Virus record (IMG/VR): IMGVR_UViG_3300017913_000508
Span: 1-24,446 of that record
Length of the DNA stretch: 24,446 nt
Direction: 5' to 3' (one strand)
Source of the DNA: a virus
Lineage: Duplodnaviria; Caudoviricetes
A program made the translations under genes and the position numbers. The notes under the pieces were generated by a model. It worked only from the letters and a program-made list of their open reading frames with translations. It searched no databases and was not told where the DNA came from. This document shows, one piece after another, positions 15,383 to 24,446 of the stretch; position 1 is the first letter of the stretch, and every line of letters begins with the position of its first letter.

Positions 15383-16387
15383 ATGCCACTTAATACAGAC
15401 ATATTAGATTTAGTAAGTCAAGGTGCGGCGACAATCAATCCGACATCTGCGGCGGCACAAGCAACGACTACTGCAACGACTTCTGCTATTCAAGGTATTA
15501 AAGAAGGACTTGGTATCGCTGGCGAAACTACAACATCGAATGACAGAACAGCACAAAATACAAAGCGTGGTGAACATGCCGCTTTGGTAAATGAAGTCAA
15601 TGGAAACTTGCGTACTACGATGTCTTCCGCAGAAGTTAAAGACCAAATTGCAAGAAGAGAAAAACTAAAAACAAGTTTTCAAAATGAGATTACCGAAATT
15701 GATGCGGGCAATACATCAGCATTGGATGGATTTGTATCAGCGAATGTAGACGGTACAAATGATACATATCAAAGTGCCGCAAGAAAGACATATTTAACAA
15801 ATAGAATTTCAGAATTAGATAGTGAACTTACTGACTATCGTGCGCTTGACAATGGAAATCCTGCATCAAGAAATTTAGCACTTGCAACAGCGGATAGAAA
15901 TCTAGTTGCTGATGAGATTAAAGATAGAGAAAGAGCCGCGGCTGGAGTTGAAAATCTAGCAGACCAGTTGGGAACTTTTCAATCACACACTGACAATCTT
16001 ATGGGTGACAGTACACGACTTGCTGGTCTATCGAAAGCGAAAAATGTAGTTGGTACAGTTGCAGACGTTACAAGAGATTGTGGCGACTTACTAGGAATGG
16101 TCGGAGGATTAACTGGCGGTACTGACGTTATCAATGGTGCATTGGATGCTCTCGGTGATGTAGGTGAGATACTAGAAGACGTTAATTCAGTTCTTATCAA
16201 AGCCAATCAAACTAAAGCGCAACTTGAAGGTTTAATTGCCGATGACAACCTTCAGGCTGAAACAGTTCTACAAGGCGCAAAGGATGCTATGCAAGCCGCA
16301 GTCTTATCAGAAATCAATCGTGACCCATGTGCGGCTTATCTTTATAATAATGTTCTTGGCTCTCCACAACTCAAAGATTTGTTGTAA
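15383..16387 (+). CDS. Hypothetical helical protein, probably virion-associated
   Basis: 334-aa Ala/Thr/Asp-rich ORF between PAAR and gp25 with SD GGAGGA. No family recognised. Confidence 0.7.
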   Translation: MPLNTDILDLVSQGAATINPTSAAAQATTTATTSAIQGIKEGLGIAGETTTSNDRTAQNTKRGEHAALVNEVNGNLRTTMSSAEVKDQIARREKLKTSFQNEITEIDAGNTSALDGFVSANVDGTNDTYQSAARKTYLTNRISELDSELTDYRALDNGNPASRNLALATADRNLVADEIKDRERAAAGVENLADQLGTFQSHTDNLMGDSTRLAGLSKAKNVVGTVADVTRDCGDLLGMVGGLTGGTDVINGALDALGDVGEILEDVNSVLIKANQTKAQLEGLIADDNLQAETVLQGAKDAMQAAVLSEINRDPCAAYLYNNVLGSPQLKDLL

Positions 16388-16392
16388 AGGTG

Positions 16393-16400
16393 TATAAATA
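16393..16400 (+). promoter_or_regulatory. T4-type late promoter for gp25-gp6-gp7
   Basis: TATAAATA followed by GTCAT-ATG (16406). Confidence 0.85.
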
Positions 16401-16405
16401 GTCAT

Positions 16406-16804
16406 ATGGCACAAGCAGTTTTTACAGATATCAACTTAGACTTTGAACCTCATCCAGTTACTGGTGATTTTACAAAGTTATCAGACGCAAACGCAGTAAA
16501 GCGTTCTGTGCGGAATCTTGTGTTGACAAATCGCTATGAACATCCTTATCAGCCAGAAGTAGGCTCAGGTGTTCGAGGCTTGCTTTTTGAAAACTCAAGT
16601 GAAGAGACATATGTTGCTATCAAAGAGAGGGTTCAATACGTTATCGAAAGATATGAACCAAGAGCGGAACTAATTTCTATTGAAGTAGACGGCGAAGCCG
16701 CTGAACTTGTCGATAGAAATGAAGTTGCAATTACAATCAAATTTTTCGTGGGTAGTTCAGCAACTCCCGAAACGGTTCAAGTTTTCTTAGAGAGAGTTAG
16801 GTAA
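16406..16804 (+). CDS. gp25: T4 gp25-like baseplate wedge subunit
   Basis: DINLDF..HPVTGD, AVKRSVRNLVLTN..E.PY.P..GS....LLFE, YEPR and FLERVR. Confidence 0.96.
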   Translation: MAQAVFTDINLDFEPHPVTGDFTKLSDANAVKRSVRNLVLTNRYEHPYQPEVGSGVRGLLFENSSEETYVAIKERVQYVIERYEPRAELISIEVDGEAAELVDRNEVAITIKFFVGSSATPETVQVFLERVR

Positions 16805-18705
16805 TGGCTACTAACGATAATAAATTTCAGATTTCGGAAGTTGACTTCCAAGGTATTAAAGATAATTTTGTAGATTATCTAAAAGGGCAAAGTGAATTCA
16901 AAGACTATGATTTCACTGGTTCTGGTATGCAACAGATTTTGAATATTCTAGCATACAACACCAACTACAACGCATATTACTTGAATATGGTCGCAAATGA
17001 AATGTTCTTGGACAGTGCAGACCTAAGAAGTAGTGTTGTATCACGGGCAAAGGCACTTGGGTACACACCTCGCTCCACTCAAGCACCTAGAGCAAATGTT
17101 TATTTCGAGGTAAATGCTGGCACTGATGCACCCGCTTCAATTTCAGTACCTGCAAAGACAGTAGTAAAAACAAGAATTGACGATACAGTCTATAAGTTTA
17201 CATTGACGGAATCTGTTAATGCAACATTTAACAGAGCGACAACAGATGGTGATAACATTTATAGAACACCAAATGTGAACATCTATGAAGGTGCGCTTTT
17301 AAGACAAACTTTTGTCGTTGATATCAATAACACAGAACAGAGATTTATTATCCCTAACCCTGGTGTTGATGTTGACCAGATGACAGTTCAAGTTCAGCGT
17401 TCACCCACAAACACACTGTCAGAAAAATTTATTCGTGCAAACAATATCACTTCCGTCAATGGAGACAGTGCAGTTTACTTCTTACAAGAAGTTGACCGTG
17501 GTCTCTATGAAATCTATTTCGGTGACGGAAACACAGGTAAAGCCTTAGCCCACAATAACGTAGTAGTTATCGATTACATCAACACGAATGGTCCTGCGGC
17601 AAACTCTGCTTCAGTGTTCACAACGTCTGGTCGTATCGGTGGTTACAACTTCTCATGCATTACAGTAGATAAAGCATCTTCTGGTGCAGAGAGAGAAACA
17701 ATTGAGAGTATCAAACTATTAGCACCTTTGCACTTTGATACACAAAACCGTGCAGTTACAGCAAACGACTATAAAACTCTTTTGCTCGAAAACTACGGAA
17801 ATATTGACGCAGTTTCAACTTGGGGTGGTGAAGATAATGTACCACCAGTTTATGGTAAAGTTTATATTTCACTAAAACCGAAAGATGACTTTATCATTTC
17901 AGATAGTGTTAAGCAACAAATTATTGATAGTGTTATTGGTGAAAAGAACGTAGTTTCAATTACACCAGAGATTATCGACCCAGACTATCTTTACATCGGC
18001 ATTACTAGCACAGTAAATTATTCTCGTGAACTTACAACAAAGTCCGCAGAAGATTTGCGTAGTATTGTTCGTGACAACATGAAGAGTTACTTTAATACAT
18101 ATTTGAATACTTTCCAAAAGTATCTAAGATACTCAAAATTTGCGGCGTCTGTGGATTCATCTGACCCATCGATTACAGGTTCTCAAACAGACTTAAAAAT
18201 GATTAAGATTATTGAGCCTGAACTCAATGTTCCAAAAACTTACACTCTAAACTTCTCAAACAAAATTCACTTTTATCAAGGTGCAAATAGAGTTGGTGCA
18301 GTTAAAAGTGAAGAGTTTACGAAGAATGGTTATACAAGATGCTATATTGCCGATAATGGTGAAGGCATTCTGAATATCTATCGTCAGTCTGGTAATACTA
18401 CAGTTATTATTGAAGAAAGTGTTGGTACAGTAGACTATGACACTGGTCAGGTAATCATTAACAACTTTGCTCCTACAGAAATGGCAGATGAGGGTTCAAC
18501 TATGAAGTTTACAGTTGACCCAGACTTACAAAACATATATGTTGTTCGTAATCAAATTATTAGTGTTCGTGACGAAGACATTCTACTAACAATTACAGAA
18601 GAAAACGCAGGTTATGATGCGGCAACTGCATCATCAAATACTGTGACAACAGGAGCATCTGGTACATCGGGTACTGGTACATCAAGTTCAAGTTCAGGAT
18701 ATTAA
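16804..18705 (+). CDS. gp6: T4 gp6-like baseplate wedge subunit
   Basis: DF..IK...YLK.QSEFKDYDF.GS, LAYNT.YNA.Y.NM..NE.FLDSA.LRSSVVS.AK.LGY.PRS, YEIYFGDG, QNRAVT..DY, WGGED..PP.YGKV and GTVDY.TG. Confidence 0.97.
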   Translation: MATNDNKFQISEVDFQGIKDNFVDYLKGQSEFKDYDFTGSGMQQILNILAYNTNYNAYYLNMVANEMFLDSADLRSSVVSRAKALGYTPRSTQAPRANVYFEVNAGTDAPASISVPAKTVVKTRIDDTVYKFTLTESVNATFNRATTDGDNIYRTPNVNIYEGALLRQTFVVDINNTEQRFIIPNPGVDVDQMTVQVQRSPTNTLSEKFIRANNITSVNGDSAVYFLQEVDRGLYEIYFGDGNTGKALAHNNVVVIDYINTNGPAANSASVFTTSGRIGGYNFSCITVDKASSGAERETIESIKLLAPLHFDTQNRAVTANDYKTLLLENYGNIDAVSTWGGEDNVPPVYGKVYISLKPKDDFIISDSVKQQIIDSVIGEKNVVSITPEIIDPDYLYIGITSTVNYSRELTTKSAEDLRSIVRDNMKSYFNTYLNTFQKYLRYSKFAASVDSSDPSITGSQTDLKMIKIIEPELNVPKTYTLNFSNKIHFYQGANRVGAVKSEEFTKNGYTRCYIADNGEGILNIYRQSGNTTVIIEESVGTVDYDTGQVIINNFAPTEMADEGSTMKFTVDPDLQNIYVVRNQIISVRDEDILLTITEENAGYDAATASSNTVTTGASGTSGTGTSSSSSGY

Positions 18706-18709
18706 GTAG

Positions 18710-21700
18710 ATGGCAATCTATAATTATACGGTTACCGCACAAGGGCAGGGCGCATATCTCATTAACGGGAATGCAAACCCTATTCTTACGCTTCAAGCAG
18801 GTAATACTTATAACTTTATTGTCAATGCATCAGGACATCCTTTCTGGATTAAGACAGATAGAGTTATTGGTGGGGATGCCGCATACAATACAGGCGTAAC
18901 AAATAACGGTGCTGAAGTTGGTACTGTCACAATCACTCTACCTGCCGATAAAACACCTCCAAAACTTTTTTATCAATGTGGAAAACACATTGTCATGGGC
19001 GGGCAACTTACTAAGTATGAAGTACCTGCTGAAAGTATTGCCAATGTCATTGTAGACCAATTACCAGATTTTGTCAAGTCTGACCACCCAAAATTCCAAC
19101 TATTCATGGAAGCATACTATGAGTGGCTCAATCAGCCTGGTAATCCTTGGAACGAAGCAAAATCTCTATTGAATTATCAAGACATTGATACTACTATCGA
19201 TGACTTTCTTCTTAACTTAGAAAAAGAATATGTTGCTCTAATTCCTAAAAACTTTGATGGTGATATCAGAACCTTGATGAAAAATATCAAGCAGTTCTAT
19301 ATTACTAAAGGCTCTCCAAAGTCATACGAATTTCTATTCAATATTCTCTTCAATGAGACAATCGAATTCTATTATCCCAAAAAAGATATTCTAAGAGTAT
19401 CGGATGGTAAATGGGATTCTGATATTACAATCAAAATTACAAACCCAGAACAGTACGATGTTTTTGAACTGACTGGTGAAATTATTAAACAAGAAGAATA
19501 TTACTTTGATACTGATGAACAGCGTTTCATGTATCGTGACATCGCAACTGCTACAGTTGAACGTGCAGTTCAGTTCTTCTTGGGTGGAGAACTTGTTACT
19601 GAACTATTCTTGTCAAAAGTCACAGGAACATTCAGAGCAAATGACACATACATCGATACTACAGATACCACTGCATTCCGAGCATTAGATAATGATACCA
19701 AGATTTATTTCATTGATGCTAACAGAAATAAACACGAATATAAAGTTGAACCTCTTCTAACTGGAGTTACTATTAGTGACCCCGGTTCAGGATATGAACC
19801 TAATGATGTTTTGCCAGTAGTCTCTGCAAACGGTGACCCCGGCGTTAATGCTATTGCACAGATTAAGACTGTTCAGTCTGGACCACTTACAGGACTAACC
19901 ATTGTAAGCGGTGGGCAAAACTATAAAGTAGGCGATGTTCTTATATTTGACAATGATGAAACTTCTGGTACTGGAGCGGCGGGTTTTGTCACACAGGTTG
20001 ATGGTACTGGTACTGTCGCCAACTCTGGTGCAATTACTGGAGTAAGACTTTCTTCTCCTGGTTTTGGATATAAAAAACTTCCAACAGTTTCAGTTAGCAT
20101 TATTGACCCCGACAGTGAACGAACTGGTCTGAACATTCCTACTGCCCCAAGTATTCTAGCGACTGGTAATAATATCGGTGGCATTAAAGAGATGCAAGTC
20201 ATTAACTTTGGTGCTTTGTATTATAGCGCACCAACAATTGACTTTACCACAAAAGGAAATGGTGATGCTGTTGGTTCAGCACAAACTGGAGGTCTAGCAA
20301 GATATCCCGGTTCATTCTCAAATGATGATGGACATCTATCTGCCGCAAAATATTTGCAAGATAACAGGTTCTATCAAGAATTCTCATACGTTATTCGTAC
20401 AGGTTTGTCTATCAACGCTTACCGTGATACAATTAAAACCCTTGTACACCCTGCAGGTATGGAACTCTTCGGTGAGGTGTTTATTTCATCGAAAGTTGAA
20501 ACTGGTCTATACAACAACTCCACAAACGATGTTAATGATACATCGTTAATTGATGGTCTCGCTGTTCCAAAATATATCAAACTGTTACAAGTATTTCAAT
20601 CCGAATTTACTCAACCTTACAAACAAATTATTCTTGACCCAGATGGAATTGCAAGACCTCTTATAGAATCCAAGCACTACCATGAATTAGAGATGATGAC
20701 TGAAATTGAGGCTCAAGTCAGCATGGGTCAGTATATTCGTGCAGACTTGTCATGGACCGATGTTTATGGTGTCGCTCACACTGAACAAAGACTTCTTACA
20801 GTTACAGGCTACGTTGAAGAAACATCATTAACAGGTGTTCTTTCAGATGGTGCTACTGTAAATCTAACTCATGTTCCAGGTAGCACAATTAGAGCAACTC
20901 CACTAGAGAGTGACCCAATTATATCTGAAGATTTCACTGGAACATATAGCAGAGAGTTTAATGACCAAGATGGTACTTACACTGCTACAGTTACAGTAGA
21001 GGCAAGACACAGATATGAGCGACAGGGAATTATACCTAAACTACAGTTCCCACTTGTACAAGTTGGTAATGTAAAAATTGACTTCTCACCAGAACCCTAT
21101 AATAGTGTAGACGACCCAGGCACAATCAATATGCAACCAATTAGAGAGTTGCATTTGAGGGTACCAAGAATTCGTGCCGCTTTTATTGGTACAGACTTTG
21201 CTGTCAACCCTGGACCAAAAGCAAAAATTGTATACATTGATTTGGGTATCGTCAACAGACATTTGATAAGTTATGGGCTAACTGACCAAATTGGACCACA
21301 TGAAAGAGAGCCTTTTGGTTTTCAGATTGGTAACTTAACTGGTTATGCAACAATCGACCAAATTGAAGATGACCTCATTTATAAGAAGTATGCAGGTTTC
21401 ACTGGTACTCGCCCAATCAAAAAAGGAAAGATTACACACATCAAGCAGTTTGAACTTGAGGTGGGTATTCAATCAACTTCATCTAAGGTGGCGACCAATG
21501 TGGCTCCCACTGTAGCCCGTAGTGTAGAAGCAGAAGTATCAAAAGTTGTTGTTTTACAGCCTTACGCAGGTGACATTAGACCAATCAACGATGTACTTTT
21601 CACGGGTTATAAATACTTTACTGGAACTATCGGTGATACACTTGATAGAGAAATTGTAGACTATTTTGGGCGTGACATTGTTCCTAGCCGCCCAGTCGGT

Positions 21701-22171
21701 GCGAATGGTGGTCCATCCTTTGGTCAGATTTCACTACAAACATTCATCGACTTAGGACTGAATATTCAAGACTTCTTAAACCATGAGTTTGGGATTTCTG
21801 AATATTTTGTGTATGGTGCTAACTGGCAAAGAAGTGTCGAACTTGATTTGGACCCGTCAAGAATTGACAGGTCTGCAACAGACGCAACTGAAGTTATTAT
21901 CATACCAATTAAAGTAACTGTATCAGCCATTGAGACTACTGTGGCTACTACAGGTGACAGCAAAACTGTACCTGTCTCTACTCCACTAGCAGTAGACAAC
22001 TCGTTCTACTCAGGTAATACCAAATTTGGGGTGAAGATAAATAGTTTTGAAGATAGTACAATCGAGGAGATTGAAAACGGCGTTATTCGTGGTTATTTTA
22101 CTACAGTTAATCCGCAAACAACTGTGGTATATACTAGGGATAATACAAATACAATTACGGGAACTTATTAA
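18710..22171 (+). CDS. gp7: gp7-like baseplate wedge initiator with an N-terminal cupredoxin-like domain
   Basis: QLPDFV..DHP.F..F.EAYYEWL, KNIKQFY..KGS..SY.FLF.ILF, YYPK..IL..SDGKW and LQD..FYQ.FSYVI......Y...K.LVHPAG...FGE. It lies between gp6 and gp8. Confidence 0.82.
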   Translation: MAIYNYTVTAQGQGAYLINGNANPILTLQAGNTYNFIVNASGHPFWIKTDRVIGGDAAYNTGVTNNGAEVGTVTITLPADKTPPKLFYQCGKHIVMGGQLTKYEVPAESIANVIVDQLPDFVKSDHPKFQLFMEAYYEWLNQPGNPWNEAKSLLNYQDIDTTIDDFLLNLEKEYVALIPKNFDGDIRTLMKNIKQFYITKGSPKSYEFLFNILFNETIEFYYPKKDILRVSDGKWDSDITIKITNPEQYDVFELTGEIIKQEEYYFDTDEQRFMYRDIATATVERAVQFFLGGELVTELFLSKVTGTFRANDTYIDTTDTTAFRALDNDTKIYFIDANRNKHEYKVEPLLTGVTISDPGSGYEPNDVLPVVSANGDPGVNAIAQIKTVQSGPLTGLTIVSGGQNYKVGDVLIFDNDETSGTGAAGFVTQVDGTGTVANSGAITGVRLSSPGFGYKKLPTVSVSIIDPDSERTGLNIPTAPSILATGNNIGGIKEMQVINFGALYYSAPTIDFTTKGNGDAVGSAQTGGLARYPGSFSNDDGHLSAAKYLQDNRFYQEFSYVIRTGLSINAYRDTIKTLVHPAGMELFGEVFISSKVETGLYNNSTNDVNDTSLIDGLAVPKYIKLLQVFQSEFTQPYKQIILDPDGIARPLIESKHYHELEMMTEIEAQVSMGQYIRADLSWTDVYGVAHTEQRLLTVTGYVEETSLTGVLSDGATVNLTHVPGSTIRATPLESDPIISEDFTGTYSREFNDQDGTYTATVTVEARHRYERQGIIPKLQFPLVQVGNVKIDFSPEPYNSVDDPGTINMQPIRELHLRVPRIRAAFIGTDFAVNPGPKAKIVYIDLGIVNRHLISYGLTDQIGPHEREPFGFQIGNLTGYATIDQIEDDLIYKKYAGFTGTRPIKKGKITHIKQFELEVGIQSTSSKVATNVAPTVARSVEAEVSKVVVLQPYAGDIRPINDVLFTGYKYFTGTIGDTLDREIVDYFGRDIVPSRPVGANGGPSFGQISLQTFIDLGLNIQDFLNHEFGISEYFVYGANWQRSVELDLDPSRIDRSATDATEVIIIPIKVTVSAIETTVATTGDSKTVPVSTPLAVDNSFYSGNTKFGVKINSFEDSTIEEIENGVIRGYFTTVNPQTTVVYTRDNTNTITGTY

Positions 22172-22179
22172 GTTTGCGT

Positions 22180-22187
22180 TATAAATA
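22180..22187 (+). promoter_or_regulatory. T4-type late promoter for gp8
   Basis: TATAAATA ending 36 nt upstream of ATG 22224, with SD AGGAG in between. Confidence 0.85.
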
Positions 22188-22223
22188 ACTAAAGAAACCA
22201 AACGATTTTAGGAGTGATAAGAA

Positions 22224-23504
22224 ATGCCAGCAATCGTAACTAGCAAGTTCCGTCTTCACAATTCGGAACAATTTGTCGAGGCTTTTTCAGAAGCCGCGGC
22301 TACAAATATGTATCTGTTCATTGGGCGTGTTACGCCATGGACAGATGACGTTAACCCACCTACTCCAGTAGACGATTTCGACCAAACCGAATTCGACCAC
22401 TGGCGTGATATGATTTCAGCAAAGCGTGTACAAGCAGGTGACGTATCTCACGTTGTCCCACGTTATGACTGGACTTCAGGTACAGTATACGCATACTACG
22501 ACCACGAAGATGCCAACATCTTTAACGAACAGTTCTATGTTCTAACTGAAGACTTCAATGTCTATAAGTGTCTATGGAACAATGACGGTGGTCAGTCTAC
22601 TGTTAAACCAACAGGTACAGCAACTTCACCTTTCACTACAGGTGATTCCTACAAGTGGCAGTTTATGTACTCAATCTCTGCCGCGGAAACTTTGAAGTTC
22701 GTTACTCCAGAGTGGCACCCAGTAAAAGTTGATACAACTGTATCAGCCGCCGCTACTGACGGAGCAATCGATATCATCGAAGTAACAGCCGCAGGTTCAG
22801 GTTACAACGCACCAACTGTTGTCATCGATGGTGACGGCACAGGCGCAACTGCAACTGCAACAGTTTCTGGTGGTACTATCACAGGTATCGCAATTCAGAA
22901 CCGTGGTTCTGGATACACAACAGCAACCATCACAATTAACGATGCAACTGGTACTGGCGCAACTGCCAAAGCCATCATCGGACCAAAGGGCGGACATGGT
23001 ACAGATACCATTCACGAACTTGGTGGTTTTTATGTGATGCTAAACTCTCGCCTAGAATATGGCGAAGGTGGTGACTTCCCAACTAACAACGACTATCGTA
23101 AGATTGGTCTTATCCGTGACCCAGAAGACGCTTCTACTACTAACGTAGCAACTGGTTCAACATACCTACAGTCAACTAAAGTAGAACTAACTTCTGCTTC
23201 AGTATCAGGTACTTTTGTTGAAGACGAAGTTGTAACTGGTGGTACTTCTTCTGCAACTGGTCGTGTTGTGAACTGGGATGCTACTAACAACATTCTTACA
23301 CTAATTCGTGTAGATGGTACCTTCTCAGATGGTGAGACTGTTACTGGTGGAACTTCTTCCGCTTCTGGTGATGTTGATACTTCTGGTGTAACAGACCCAG
23401 AAATGACATCATATACTGGTGACGTTATCTACGTTGAAAACAGACGTCCAATTACTCGTGCGGCTGACCAGATTGAAGATATCAAACTAATCGTTGAATT
23501 CTAA
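22224..23504 (+). CDS. gp8: T4 gp8-like baseplate wedge subunit
   Basis: MPAIVT.KFR..N..QF, YLFIGR, PRYDWTSG, FYV.T...NVYKCL.N, D.YKW.FMY, GGHG, DYR.IGLI.DP and YVENR.PITRA.DQ.EDIKL.VEF. Confidence 0.95.
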   Translation: MPAIVTSKFRLHNSEQFVEAFSEAAATNMYLFIGRVTPWTDDVNPPTPVDDFDQTEFDHWRDMISAKRVQAGDVSHVVPRYDWTSGTVYAYYDHEDANIFNEQFYVLTEDFNVYKCLWNNDGGQSTVKPTGTATSPFTTGDSYKWQFMYSISAAETLKFVTPEWHPVKVDTTVSAAATDGAIDIIEVTAAGSGYNAPTVVIDGDGTGATATATVSGGTITGIAIQNRGSGYTTATITINDATGTGATAKAIIGPKGGHGTDTIHELGGFYVMLNSRLEYGEGGDFPTNNDYRKIGLIRDPEDASTTNVATGSTYLQSTKVELTSASVSGTFVEDEVVTGGTSSATGRVVNWDATNNILTLIRVDGTFSDGETVTGGTSSASGDVDTSGVTDPEMTSYTGDVIYVENRRPITRAADQIEDIKLIVEF

Positions 23505-23571
23505 TAGATGCGGGCGAAAGCCCGCTCTATAAACGATTATAGATATATGAAGAAGCAACACATGAATGCTT
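23504..23571 (+). other. GNRA-capped hairpin plus two further hairpins after gp8
   Basis: GCGGGC-GAAA-GCCCGC (23510-23525), TCTATAA-ACGA-TTATAGA (23526-23543) and AAGCA-N9-TGCTT (23553-23571). No U-tract. Confidence 0.55.
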
Positions 23572-23607
23572 AATAATAACTTTTAAGAGATGGACGGACA
23601 GTAAAAG

Positions 23608-24446
23608 ATGCCAATCAATTTTAACATCAACCCATATTATGATGATTACAATGAAGACAAAGGGTTTGTAAGAATTCTTTTCCGTCCCGGCTATGCTGTT
23701 CAGGCTCGTGAACTGACACAGTTACAGACTATCATTCAAGAACAGATTAATCAGTTCGGTAATGGTATCTATGAAGATGGTTCAGTAGTGTATGGTGGAC
23801 AGACTACTTATGATAGTAATGTTCAATACTACAGACTACAACCAACTATCAATGGGGTTACTGTAACTAAAACAATTCTGGACAAACTTGTCGGGAAAAA
23901 CGTAAAAGGTCGTTACAATGAAACCTTTTCTGACATCGAAGTGTCTGGGAGAACCGTAACTTCTCCTTCATTGACACAGCGTTTGGTTGTGGGTGCGACT
24001 TTGACAGTGAACACTCCCGCTATCGAAAGTCGAAAAATTGTTGCCATCTCATCTGACGGACAATCCGCCACTCTTAACTTAGAATTTTCTGATACTGTTC
24101 GCACAGGCACTGCCGTAGTCGGTGGGGACACAGTTAATGTAATTTCTGGCGTTGACTTAACTGTAAATTATGAGACAAGGGCTTACTGCTTGAAAGCAGA
24201 TGAAGCAAAGGGGGATGGTACTCCTCCCATCCTCTACTTGTCAACCCTAGACGGTCCAGGCGTTTCAGCGAACAACCAGATTTTTCTTGTAGACGAAGAC
24301 GTTACAACAGACCCACCTACTGTACAAATCGAAAATACAACGACTTTTACAGGAGAAGCGACTGCGGTTCATATCGATGAGGGTGTGTTCTTTGTTAATA
24401 AGTTTTTCGTGTATGTTGAGCCTCAAACAACTATTATCGGTAAAGA
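23608..24446 (+). CDS. DUF4815/VrlC-like large virion structural protein, 5' part (runs off the window)
   Basis: NFNINPYYDDY...KGF.RILFRPGYAVQARELTQLQT..Q.QI..FG...Y..GS.V and EGVFFVN.FFV.V..QT. The frame is open to the window end. Confidence 0.88.
   Translation, partial: MPINFNINPYYDDYNEDKGFVRILFRPGYAVQARELTQLQTIIQEQINQFGNGIYEDGSVVYGGQTTYDSNVQYYRLQPTINGVTVTKTILDKLVGKNVKGRYNETFSDIEVSGRTVTSPSLTQRLVVGATLTVNTPAIESRKIVAISSDGQSATLNLEFSDTVRTGTAVVGGDTVNVISGVDLTVNYETRAYCLKADEAKGDGTPPILYLSTLDGPGVSANNQIFLVDEDVTTDPPTVQIENTTTFTGEATAVHIDEGVFFVNKFFVYVEPQTTIIGK

Noticed and set aside
23547-23573. 8-codon ORF MKKQHMNA as a leader peptide
   Set aside because: It has no SD and is too short to support.
1-24446. 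Genome-wide stop codon reassignment (TAG to Gln, or TGA to Trp/Gly)
   Set aside because: All other long genes are open in the standard code. TGA ends thyX, gp33 (ATGA overlap) and gp59 at the expected positions, and TAG ends gp4 and gp26 at their conserved C-termini. Only one internal TAG and one internal TGA were seen.
1-24446. CRISPR array, tRNA genes, introns/inteins, DGR repeats
   Set aside because: I saw no regularly spaced repeats, cloverleafs, intervening sequences in conserved genes or duplicated TR/VR segments by eye.

Overview
This is a segment of a T4-like myophage genome with the gene set typical of marine cyanophage/pelagiphage-type T4-likes; the host cannot be determined from this window. 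The left + strand block is: SleB-type cell-wall hydrolase, thyX, gp33, gp59, gp32. A - strand late block follows: gp4, gp2, gp54-like, gp26, gp51-like, an EF-hand membrane protein and a probable tape measure. The right + strand block is the baseplate cluster: gp48, gp53, gp27-like hub, a zeta-like kinase, a split gp5, PAAR, gp25, gp6, gp7-like, gp8 and a truncated DUF4815-type protein. One perfect sigma70 promoter and five TATAAATA late promoters are visible. Main observations: (1) a candidate programmed -1 frameshift (T TTT TTC, upstream SD-like motif, downstream hairpin) fusing gp26 to the start-less gp51-like frame, resembling the lambda G/GT tail-chaperone system; (2) gp5 split into two genes, with a peptidase M15 domain in place of lysozyme; (3) in-frame stops in gp32 (TAG) and in the hydrolase signal peptide (TGA), each one G>T change from a sense codon; (4) a candidate pseudoknotted RNA after gp32; (5) probable leaderless late transcripts; (6) predicted Cu- and Ca-binding modules in the structural region. 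All calls come from motif recognition by eye; no database search was run.
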